21,329 nt of DNA from Deltaproteobacteria bacterium (GTDB lineage: Bacteria; Myxococcota_A; UBA9160; SMWR01): positions 1 to 21,329 of the forward strand of contig JAQBGU010000146.1 in NCBI GenBank assembly GCA_032128375.1. Reading direction: 5' to 3'. Position 1 is the first letter of the stretch, and each line of letters begins with the position of its first letter. The notes under the pieces were generated by a model. It had not been told where the DNA came from and did not search any database. It saw only the letters and a program-made list of their open reading frames with translations. Made by a program: the position numbers and the translations under genes. This document shows, piece by piece, positions 1 through 7,663 of this stretch.

Positions 1-216
1 CTTCGCGGCCTTCCAGGGCTTGAAGTTGTAGCCGAGCGTGTGCATGTCGCTGTCGGAGCGGATGCCTGGGTAGCGGTACAAATCCCAGGTGCCGCCCAGC
101 GTGGCTCGGCTTTCGAGGATCGCATAGGTCTTGTTTGGAGAATGCGTCTGCAGATGAACCGCCGCGCCGATGCCGGAAAGGCCAGCGCCGACGATCACCA
201 TGTCGTAATGGCTCAT
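1..216 (-). CDS. Flavin-containing monooxygenase, Baeyer-Villiger/EthA-like (5' part; runs off the left edge)
   Basis: Not in the ORF track. Manual translation from ATG at 216: [72 protein letters not shown]. Contains the FAD motif GxGxxG and the BVMO motif GGTWxxxRYPGxRSD. GGAG RBS lies just upstream. Confidence 0.93.
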   Translation of the reverse strand, partial: MSHYDMVIVGAGLSGIGAAVHLQTHSPNKTYAILESRATLGGTWDLYRYPGIRSDSDMHTLGYNFKPWKAAK

Positions 217-232
217 GATTGCTCCGTGTTGA

Positions 233-256
233 CTGCTAGTTGCAGCTGCTAGTTGC
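233..256. repeat. Short direct duplication CTGCTAGTTGC x2 (13-bp period) in the monooxygenase leader
   Basis: CTGCTAGTTGC at 233-243 and 246-256. Confidence 0.75.
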
Positions 257-287
257 GATCCCGCTTCGCTCGATCTTCCGCGTAGTC

Positions 288-310
288 GGTTGACCTCTCT
301 CGGGTCAACC
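288..310. promoter_or_regulatory. Perfect 8-bp inverted repeat (operator or leader hairpin) upstream of the monooxygenase
   Basis: GGTTGACC-N7-GGTCAACC. A minus-strand -10-like TAGACT lies at 324-329. Confidence 0.4.
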
Positions 311-710
311 TCCTGCTCCATACAGTCTAGGTAGCACTCTGTGGGGCCTCGATCCCGCGGGCTCTGCTGGCGAGCCCTGACCCGTGATTCTCAGATCTTG
401 GGGCGCATAAGGCGGCTGTCATGACACCCCGCGCCGGCGTCTTCTGGCCGCGAATTCGAGTTTGAGAGTCTTGGCGATGAAGCGCAGCAGGCGCAGCGGA
501 TTTTTCGAACCTTGCGAAGCATCAAACGACGCAAGTGCGGTGAGACGTCGAATTCGGCTTCCCGTTGACCGTGGCCCTGGTGGATGGAGAGCGCTGGAAC
601 GTCGATCACATCCAACGCCAGATCGTCCGTGAAGACGCAGGATAATCTACTGGCAGGAATACTGCCATTAGATGCATCGATCGAGCCGACGCGCCCTCGC
701 TCCGAGGCCT

Positions 711-1337
711 TCAGCGTCGCGCGGAGATGGAACTCAGCGCGAACCCGATGGTCGACAAGAGCAGCGCGAGGATCAGGCGTGGATCGCCGAGCTGGAACCA
801 GGGATCGATCGGAAATGCGAAGGTCTTGTTGATCGCGGCGATCTTGAATTCGTGTGACCCCTGAAAGGCCGGGTTGCTCGTGATCTCCAGCATGTCACGC
901 CGGCTTCGGTAGCGCATACCCGCGCCCTGGTCCCAGATGCTCACGCCATCGATTCCGAACATTTCGAGTGCAGGCGCGGCCGACTGCCCGAAGAGCACCG
1001 GGTGGCAGGCGCGCCGCAGCAGCTCCGGGAACATGAATTCCATGTACTTTCCCAGCACTTCGGAGCTGGTGTCGCCTGACTCGACGCCGTCTACCTGGAT
1101 CGGTGTGTCGTGCAGGTCGATGACATTCAGCATGACGAAGTCATCGCCGGTATCCGACGCGAGGAAATCGCGGAACATGGCTCGCCGCTCGGCCGACATG
1201 TCGGGGTTCCGCTGTGTCAGTAGCGCGAAGTAGTGCTCGACTTCTTCGTCGCTGAGAGGGCCGCCGAATGAGGTATACCAACTGAAGAAGAGCAGGTAGA
1301 GCGCGAGAAGCGCTGCCCAGGTGATCTTGTTTCTCAT
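711..1337 (-). CDS. Membrane-anchored hypothetical protein, DUF1330/dimeric alpha-beta-barrel-like
   Basis: 208 aa with N-terminal (ITWAALLALYLLFFSWY) and C-terminal (LILALLLSTIGFAL) hydrophobic helices. The core has FVMLN, WD and RYRSRRDM segments reminiscent of DUF1330-like proteins. Confidence 0.75.
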   Translation of the reverse strand: MRNKITWAALLALYLLFFSWYTSFGGPLSDEEVEHYFALLTQRNPDMSAERRAMFRDFLASDTGDDFVMLNVIDLHDTPIQVDGVESGDTSSEVLGKYMEFMFPELLRRACHPVLFGQSAAPALEMFGIDGVSIWDQGAGMRYRSRRDMLEITSNPAFQGSHEFKIAAINKTFAFPIDPWFQLGDPRLILALLLSTIGFALSSISARR

Positions 1338-1350
1338 CGGGAACGTCCCG

Positions 1351-1430
1351 TTGGCTTCCTATTTGGCTTCCTATTTGGCCTCTTATTTGACTTCTTATTC
1401 GCCATTTTGTTTGACTTCTATTTGACTTCC
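1351..1430. repeat. Degenerate 12-bp tandem repeat (~6.7 units, consensus TTG(G/A)CTTCYTAT) overlapping the Rieske gene stop codon
   Basis: TTGGCTTCCTAT TTGGCTTCCTAT TTGGCCTCTTAT TTGACTTCTTAT TCGCCATTTTGT TTGACTTCTAT TTGACTTCC. Confidence 0.9.
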
Positions 1431-2626
1431 GGCCCCAGCTTCGATCCCAGTACAGCCGCCAGGTTCGCGTCATCGGTATGGATGAGCGCTTCGACCCAGG
1501 TGTGGAACCTCTGGCCGCCGCCCTCGTTGCGCCCGAATAGCACTTCCTTCTTGGCTCCCGTCTTGATCGAGCGCTGAATCCGCTTCCCAGTGTAGTAATC
1601 CTCATCCCGAACGACGTTTTTCAAGAAAGCCATCTGCTCGTCGATCTTGGCCTGGTGCTCCGCGTCGGGCGCGACAGGAGACAGAAAAATCTGATGGGTC
1701 ACAGATTCATCCGGCGTGCTCCCCGGAAACAACTGCGACAGCATGTAGAGCTTGCCGCCCGCATCGAACGACGCAACCGAAATGTGCGGGAAGATCGTCC
1801 ACACCCCAGCCGTCATCCCGTCGAGCGGCCAGTCATCCTCGTCCAGCGCCTCGAGCGCTTCCATTCCGGGGATGGGCATCCCGACGCGCTGGTGGGGCCC
1901 CCAGGCGTCATACACGGCCTTGTTGGGAATCTTCGAGCCGAAAGAATCCTTGTGGAGGATCGGCAAGTGATAGAAATCGAGGTAGCCGTCGTAGGCGACC
2001 TTCCAGTTGGGGCCTTCGACCGATTGGCGTCCGACGACGAAACACTCATCCAAACCCAGGTGCTCGAGCAACTTGTCGTAGCCCTGCAGGAAAGTGTCGA
2101 TGTCGACGGCCTCGTGACCGGGTGCTTCGGGCCGAAGCACGACAAAGATCAGGCCGGCCCGCTCCGCGACCGGCAGCGGGACCAATCCGTGGCACGACTT
2201 GTCGAGGTCACCGAAATCTTCGTTGTCGAGAACCCCGACCAGGGCGCCCTTCTGGTTGTACGTCCACGCGTGGTACGGGCATGCGAAGCGGCGAGCACGG
2301 CCTACTCCTTCGGGTACGATGATCGCACCGCGATGGCTGCAGGTATTCACGAAAGCACGGATCACTCCGTCGCTCGCGCGCGTGAGCAGGACCGGTACGC
2401 CGGCGACTTCCAGGGCCTGGTAGGCGCCGGGTTCGCGAAGCTCGGAGCTGATCCCGAGCGTTAGCGGCAGACGCTTGAAAATGTGTTGCATTTCCGCCTG
2501 CCAGCGGTCCGCACCGTAGTAGTTCAGCGCCGGCACGCTGTAGATCGCCGGCGCCTGGTCTTGTGTGCCAGCCTTCGCGTGAGCGATGTGGCGGCGTGTC
2601 ATTTCGACGAGTTGCTTGCGGCTCAT
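1418..2626 (-). CDS. Rieske non-heme iron oxygenase alpha subunit (ring-hydroxylating/choline monooxygenase-like)
   Basis: Rieske ligands CSHRG...CPYHAW, mononuclear Fe motif DFYHLPILH, and C-terminal ED. GGAGGG RBS upstream. Confidence 0.95.
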   Translation of the reverse strand: MSRKQLVEMTRRHIAHAKAGTQDQAPAIYSVPALNYYGADRWQAEMQHIFKRLPLTLGISSELREPGAYQALEVAGVPVLLTRASDGVIRAFVNTCSHRGAIIVPEGVGRARRFACPYHAWTYNQKGALVGVLDNEDFGDLDKSCHGLVPLPVAERAGLIFVVLRPEAPGHEAVDIDTFLQGYDKLLEHLGLDECFVVGRQSVEGPNWKVAYDGYLDFYHLPILHKDSFGSKIPNKAVYDAWGPHQRVGMPIPGMEALEALDEDDWPLDGMTAGVWTIFPHISVASFDAGGKLYMLSQLFPGSTPDESVTHQIFLSPVAPDAEHQAKIDEQMAFLKNVVRDEDYYTGKRIQRSIKTGAKKEVLFGRNEGGGQRFHTWVEALIHTDDANLAAVLGSKLGPEVK

Positions 2627-2823
2627 GGGTGAGCCCTCCGCTGCGCGCTGGGAGTCGCGAATCGTGATTGCCCGCAGGCAGAGTGTACAGGTCGACGCCG
2701 AAGCTGGGGATCGTTGTCGAATGAGCCCTGATCGTCTTCTAGCCGAATCGGATCAGACACGCAGTCCGATCGAACAGATACGAATCTGGCTTTCAGTGAT
2801 TTCGTGCTGAATCGCACGACCGC

Positions 2824-4653
2824 TCAACGATAGGCGGCGGCTTGAATCTCGTACAGCTCTGCGTACTGGCTGCGATTCGCCATCAGCTCTGAGTGGCTGC
2901 CCGCTTCCACCACGCGCGCACCGTCGAGCACCACGATCCGGTCGGCCATCCGGACGGTACTGAACCGATGCGATACGAGTAGCGTGATGCGCCCGTTCGG
3001 CTCGCCGGTCTGGCGCGCTGCCGCCGCATACCGCTCGAACAGTGCGTGTTCCGTTTCGGCATCCAATGCGGCTGTCGGCTCGTCCAACACCAGCAACAGC
3101 GGGCGGTCGCGCATGAACCCCCGCGCCAGCGAGAGTTTTTGCCACTGCCCGAAACTGACATCGACACCACAGGGCCAGGTCGGACCCAGTTGCGTTTCGA
3201 GACCCGCCAGTAAACCGGCGACCAGGTCGCCCGCTCCCGCGCGATCGACGGCCGTAACGACTGCCGGGCGATCGTCGATGCGCGGGACGTCGCCTACGCC
3301 GACGGTCTGCCGTGCGAAAAACTCGAAACGGAAGAAATCCTGAAACGCTCCCGCCAACCGCTCGCGCCACGCATCTGCACGCATCCCGGCGAGGTCGGCA
3401 CCGTCGATTGCGATGCGGCCACCAGTGGGCTGGTACATCCGGCTCAACAGCTTCACCAGCGTGCTCTTGCCGGCGCCGTTCTCGCCGACGATCGCGACGA
3501 TCGAGCCCGCCTTCAAGTCGAAGCTGACGTTGTCGAGCACGAGCTTGTCGGTGCCTGGATACGCGAATGACACATTTTCGAATGTGATGCCCGCATCGAG
3601 CCGTTCGGGTACCGGCGCGTTGGCATTCTCGACCAGAGCCGCGGCATAATCCTCGAGCCAGGCCATCCGCTGCGAACCGTCCATCCAGATTCCACGCAGG
3701 TAACCGATCTCGCCGACGGTCGCGCCCAGGTAGGCGGAAAGGCGCGAGCCGGCCGCGAGCACCAACAGGACCTCGCCCGGTGTCGCATGGATTCCGTATG
3801 CGACAAAAACCACGGCACCCACATAGGCGGCCCCGTACAGGGCCCAACCTGCGGTGTGCCACGCTGCGCTGCTCCAGCGCGCGGCCGACACCCCCGCGTA
3901 CCAGCGCTCCCATGCCGCGCGCCTCTCGCTTACGAGGTGCTCGCCGATCCCGGCGACGCGAACCTCCTTGCCGGGTACCGGCGTCGTTGCGATATCGAAA
4001 AGATGGCGAGCGAGCCGGTTCGCGGGTGCTCCGCGCTCTTCGGCCGCCCGCTCGACACCTGGGCGCCAGGTCGACGTCAGCAGCGTCGGCAACGCGAACA
4101 CAGCCAGAAATACCAGCGCTGGGTGAACGGACGCGAGCAGCACGATGGTCACGACCAGCCGGAATATCCAACCCGCCGTCGAAAACAGCGACATATACAT
4201 GTGATCCAGCACGAAGACCTGGTCGCGCAGAACCGCCAAACGGTCGAGCAGCTCGGGGCGCTCGTGGTGTGCAATCGTCGCGACGGTGGCCTGCAACTGC
4301 GCTACGTGCGATTCGAGCGCGATCGTCACCTTGTCGCGAAAGCGACGCTGCGTGCGGTCGCTGACCACCCGCAGTACCCATGTCAACGTGGCCGATCCAC
4401 CCAGGCCCAAGGACGCGGTCACTACCAGGCCGCGATTGCCAGCGAGTAAACCGTCGGCCAGAAATTTCAGCCACAACGCCAACAGTGCATCGGGAACGGC
4501 CGCCACCAGGGATAGACCGGCCGCAACGACCAACAGCCGCGGCTCCGCCTGGTAGCCGCGAGCCAGCGCCCGCCACATCGCCGGAAGCGCCGCGGGAAGA
4601 TCGTCACTAGCGGACTCACGGGTGGACTCGAGCGCCGGGTTATTCGAGGACAT
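2824..4653 (-). CDS. ABC exporter half (TMD+NBD), second subunit of a heterodimeric pair
   Basis: Walker A GENGAGKST, Q-loop FQD, variant signature VSFGQWQK, Walker B LLVLDEPT, H-loop SHR. Start placed at ATG 4653 (MSSNNP, 609 aa), overlapping the upstream gene end by 14 nt, instead of the track's 4761. Confidence 0.93.
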   Translation of the reverse strand: MSSNNPALESTRESASDDLPAALPAMWRALARGYQAEPRLLVVAAGLSLVAAVPDALLALWLKFLADGLLAGNRGLVVTASLGLGGSATLTWVLRVVSDRTQRRFRDKVTIALESHVAQLQATVATIAHHERPELLDRLAVLRDQVFVLDHMYMSLFSTAGWIFRLVVTIVLLASVHPALVFLAVFALPTLLTSTWRPGVERAAEERGAPANRLARHLFDIATTPVPGKEVRVAGIGEHLVSERRAAWERWYAGVSAARWSSAAWHTAGWALYGAAYVGAVVFVAYGIHATPGEVLLVLAAGSRLSAYLGATVGEIGYLRGIWMDGSQRMAWLEDYAAALVENANAPVPERLDAGITFENVSFAYPGTDKLVLDNVSFDLKAGSIVAIVGENGAGKSTLVKLLSRMYQPTGGRIAIDGADLAGMRADAWRERLAGAFQDFFRFEFFARQTVGVGDVPRIDDRPAVVTAVDRAGAGDLVAGLLAGLETQLGPTWPCGVDVSFGQWQKLSLARGFMRDRPLLLVLDEPTAALDAETEHALFERYAAAARQTGEPNGRITLLVSHRFSTVRMADRIVVLDGARVVEAGSHSELMANRSQYAELYEIQAAAYR

Positions 4654-6445
4654 CGAGGTCCGCCTCTTCTTCCTCGTCGCCGAACCGAGACGCTTGCAGA
4701 TCGAACATGGTCCGGTAGCGACCTCCTGCCGCCATGAGTTCGTCGTGGCTCCCGAGCTCAATCACCCTTCCGTGCTCCAACACACAGATTCGATCCGCCT
4801 GGCGAACCGTCGAGAACCGGTGCGAAATCAAGATCGTCGTCACGTGCCGCGTCGCCGCGAGGACGCGCTCGAAAATTTCGGCTTCGCCGCGGACATCGAG
4901 CTGCGCGGTGGGTTCGTCGAGCAGCACGAGCCCAGCACCTTGCCGCACCGCACACATGGCGCGCGCCAGGGCGACGCGTTGCCACTGCCCGCCCGAGAGA
5001 TCGGTTCCGCCCTCGTATCCGCGCGCGAGAATGGTATCGAGATCGGCCAGCCCAGTGGCGCCCGCCTCTTCGAGTGCGGCCCGTATCACGTCGTCGGGTG
5101 CTCCACCCGGCGCCACGTTGTCGCGCAGCGGCAGTTCGAAGCGCACGAAATCCTGAAACACTGCGGTGACGCGCGCGCGCCAACTATCGAGATCCAGATC
5201 GTTGAGCGGTGTTCCGTCGATCTCGATTGCACCGGCCTGCGGGTCGTAGAGACGGCACAAGAGCTTCGCCAGTGTCGTCTTGCCGGCGCCGTTCTGGCCA
5301 ACGATCGCCAACGAAGATCCAGCCGGAATCGTCAGGTCCAGGTCCTTCAGCACCGGCTCGGCGGTGGTCGGGTAGGCGAAGCTCACACCCCGAAACCGGA
5401 TCTCGCGGGCGGGCATGGCATCCGCACTGCGGGTCCCGCGCACGAGCGCTCCGCCCTGTGCCATCGCAGCCTGCAGGCGCAAAACCGCCCCAGCTGGCGC
5501 AGATGCGCCGTCGAGTGCCCACGAGAGGCCACCGAATGCGATCATGCTGGTGCTGATAGCGGCGGTCGCGAAGGTGACCATGCGACCGAGTTCGAGTACA
5601 CCGTCGGCGGCCGCTGCAGCCATCGAATAGAAGACCAGCCCGTTCGCTGCGGTCACGATCAGTAGGCTCCAAAATACCGGTTGCTCGCGAAGCCGCGTCG
5701 CTTCCCAGCGCAACTCGAACAACAGTTTGCGTTGCTCGCGGAACCGATCGACGGTCCATTTCCCCAGACCGAACAGCCGGAGTTCTTTCGCCGCCGGCGG
5801 GTCGACTGCCAGCCGAAACGCGTAATCGGCGTGGCGTTGGGCATCGCGCACCTGCTCGGTGTTGCGATCGCGGTAGACGCCGCTTTCGCGCAACAGCCAG
5901 TGTGTCGCGAGCCAGGCACCGCCCAGGACCAGCGGTGCCCACCACGCGTAGGCGGCGAGCACCATCGCGGACGCGAGGCCCGCAACCATTTCGACGAGCC
6001 CTGAGGCGATGAAGTCCATCGACACCGAGATCGGTGGGCCAGTGATGCCGAGGTCGAAGTCTCGTGCCATCGCCAGATCGTTGGTGAGCTCGGGATTCTC
6101 CAGGTGCCCCATGCCAGGCGGTTCGACACAGGTGCGGGCCAATCGGTCGTAGAGCCAGGACGAGGTGCGACTGCCCAGGTTCGTACCGATGGCCGCGTGA
6201 GCGGGCGCCAACACCTGAAGCAGTACGAACACGACTCCGACCATCGTCAACGGCGCCAGCAGCCCGGCTTTGTTTTGCACCGCCGCTACCAGTACCCCCA
6301 TCGCGATCGCGAGCAGCGCGGGTAGCACGCCGCGAACGACCAGCACGGACCACCACGCGACCGCGAGCGTTGCGTCGGCCTTCGGCAGCACGCCAAAGAA
6401 CTTCCACTCATCGCGCCCGCGCAAGCGCTCGACCATTCCCGGCAC
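4640..6445 (-). CDS. ABC exporter half (TMD+NBD), first subunit of a heterodimeric pair
   Basis: N-terminal TM helices, GQNGAGKTT, LSGGQWQR, VLLDEPT, SHR. Start is GTG 6445 or ATG 6436. Confidence 0.95.
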   Translation of the reverse strand: MPGMVERLRGRDEWKFFGVLPKADATLAVAWWSVLVVRGVLPALLAIAMGVLVAAVQNKAGLLAPLTMVGVVFVLLQVLAPAHAAIGTNLGSRTSSWLYDRLARTCVEPPGMGHLENPELTNDLAMARDFDLGITGPPISVSMDFIASGLVEMVAGLASAMVLAAYAWWAPLVLGGAWLATHWLLRESGVYRDRNTEQVRDAQRHADYAFRLAVDPPAAKELRLFGLGKWTVDRFREQRKLLFELRWEATRLREQPVFWSLLIVTAANGLVFYSMAAAAADGVLELGRMVTFATAAISTSMIAFGGLSWALDGASAPAGAVLRLQAAMAQGGALVRGTRSADAMPAREIRFRGVSFAYPTTAEPVLKDLDLTIPAGSSLAIVGQNGAGKTTLAKLLCRLYDPQAGAIEIDGTPLNDLDLDSWRARVTAVFQDFVRFELPLRDNVAPGGAPDDVIRAALEEAGATGLADLDTILARGYEGGTDLSGGQWQRVALARAMCAVRQGAGLVLLDEPTAQLDVRGEAEIFERVLAATRHVTTILISHRFSTVRQADRICVLEHGRVIELGSHDELMAAGGRYRTMFDLQASRFGDEEEEADLDVLE

Positions 6446-6493
6446 TCGATCCCTCGCTGATTTCTTCTCGTTCGGTCTTCGCTCTATTCCCGA

Positions 6494-6586
6494 CTTCCTA
6501 CATCCTACATCCTACTTCCTACTTCCTACTTCTTACTTCCTACTTCCTACTCCTTGCTTCCTATGCTTCTTGCTTCCTACTTCCTC
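6494..6586. repeat. Heptamer tandem repeat (CTTCCTA)n, ~13 imperfect units
   Basis: CTTCCTA CATCCTA CATCCTA CTTCCTA CTTCCTA CTTCTTA CTTCCTA CTTCCTA CTCCTTG CTTCCTA TG CTTCTTG CTTCCTA CTTCCTC. Confidence 0.95.
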
Positions 6587-6600
6587 TTGGTTATCGACCC

Positions 6601-6694
6601 GTTCTATCCGTCCGGTATTTTATTAACCCAAACGTTAATCATATGCAAGTCCGCTCCGCCCCCCTACACAGGGACTACACGGGACGGATAGACC
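6601..6694. promoter_or_regulatory. Divergent promoter region with a 16-bp inverted repeat pair enclosing an AT-rich palindrome
   Basis: GTTCTATCCGTCCGGT (6601-6616) and ACGGGACGGATAGACC (6679-6694) are 14/16 inverted matches. ATTAAC-N6-GTTAAT lies at 6622-6639. Confidence 0.5.
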
Positions 6695-6751
6695 AGAGCG
6701 CGCCATATTGTGCGCTGAACCGGCACAACCATCCATGGGAGACCCCAAGAA

Positions 6752-7603
6752 ATGGGATATCGCTGCTTCGACGTCAGCATCGAAGCAAGGGTCGCGCACA
6801 TCGTGTTGAATCGGCCAGAAAAACGAAACAGCATGATCCCGGTGTTCTGGGACGAACTTCCGCTGATCGTCCGCGACATAGACGACGGCTCGAAGGCCCG
6901 CGCCATCGTCATCTCGTCGACTGGCCCACATTTCACATCTGGACTCGATATCAAAGCCTTCAACCCGTCCGGCTCGGGTTCCGACACCGATCCCGACGCC
7001 CAGCGGCGCGCTCGGCGCACCCGGGGCGCGAGTTTCTACGAAAACGTGAGACGGATGCAGCAGACGTTTTCCTGCCTCGAGCAATGCCGTGTGCCAGTGC
7101 TCGCGGCGGTTCAGGGCGGTTGTATCGGTGGCGGCGTCGACTTCATCACTGCGTGCGACATGCGCCATGCGACCGAGGACGCGTTCGTCACGATCTTCGA
7201 GATCAACATCGGCATGACCGCGGATGTCGGGACGTTCCCACGGCTCGTCAAATTGATTCCCGAAGGGGTCGTGCGCGAGCTCGCCTACACCGGTCGTCGA
7301 ATGCCAGCCAGCGAAGCACAGGCTGTCGGCCTGATCAACCGCGTTTTCCCCGACCCTGTCCTCGAGATCGCCCGTGAGATTGCGACCAAACCACCACTCG
7401 CCGTCTACGGGTCCAAACGAATGATCAACTACGCGCGCGACCACTCGACCGCCGACGGGCTCGACTACATCGGCATCTGGAACGCCAGCATGCTGCAGCC
7501 AGAGGAAATGGTCGAGGCCATGACGGCCAACGCACAGAGGCGTTCCGGCGATTTCGTCGACTTGCCTCGGGTCAAGCGCACCACCAGTGGCGACGTTTTC
7601 TGA
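6752..7603 (+). CDS. Crotonase-family protein, delta3,5-delta2,4-dienoyl-CoA isomerase (ECH1)-like
   Basis: LNRPEKRNSM, FTSGLD, GGCIGGGVDFITACD, FEINIGMTADVGTFPRL. The Asp/Glu/Asp pattern matches dienoyl-CoA isomerases rather than the Glu/Glu pattern of hydratases. Confidence 0.9.
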   Translation: MGYRCFDVSIEARVAHIVLNRPEKRNSMIPVFWDELPLIVRDIDDGSKARAIVISSTGPHFTSGLDIKAFNPSGSGSDTDPDAQRRARRTRGASFYENVRRMQQTFSCLEQCRVPVLAAVQGGCIGGGVDFITACDMRHATEDAFVTIFEINIGMTADVGTFPRLVKLIPEGVVRELAYTGRRMPASEAQAVGLINRVFPDPVLEIAREIATKPPLAVYGSKRMINYARDHSTADGLDYIGIWNASMLQPEEMVEAMTANAQRRSGDFVDLPRVKRTTSGDVF

Positions 7604-7663
7604 CAACCCCCGCGGCTTCGCGTCGGTCGCTCACGAACGAGTCCGCATCTGCTCGCGATCAGC

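Noticed and set aside
6494..6586. CRISPR array or repeat-encoded peptide (PTSYFLL)n
   Set aside because: There are no unique spacers and no cas genes; the peptide periodicity is simply the translation of a 7-bp repeat.
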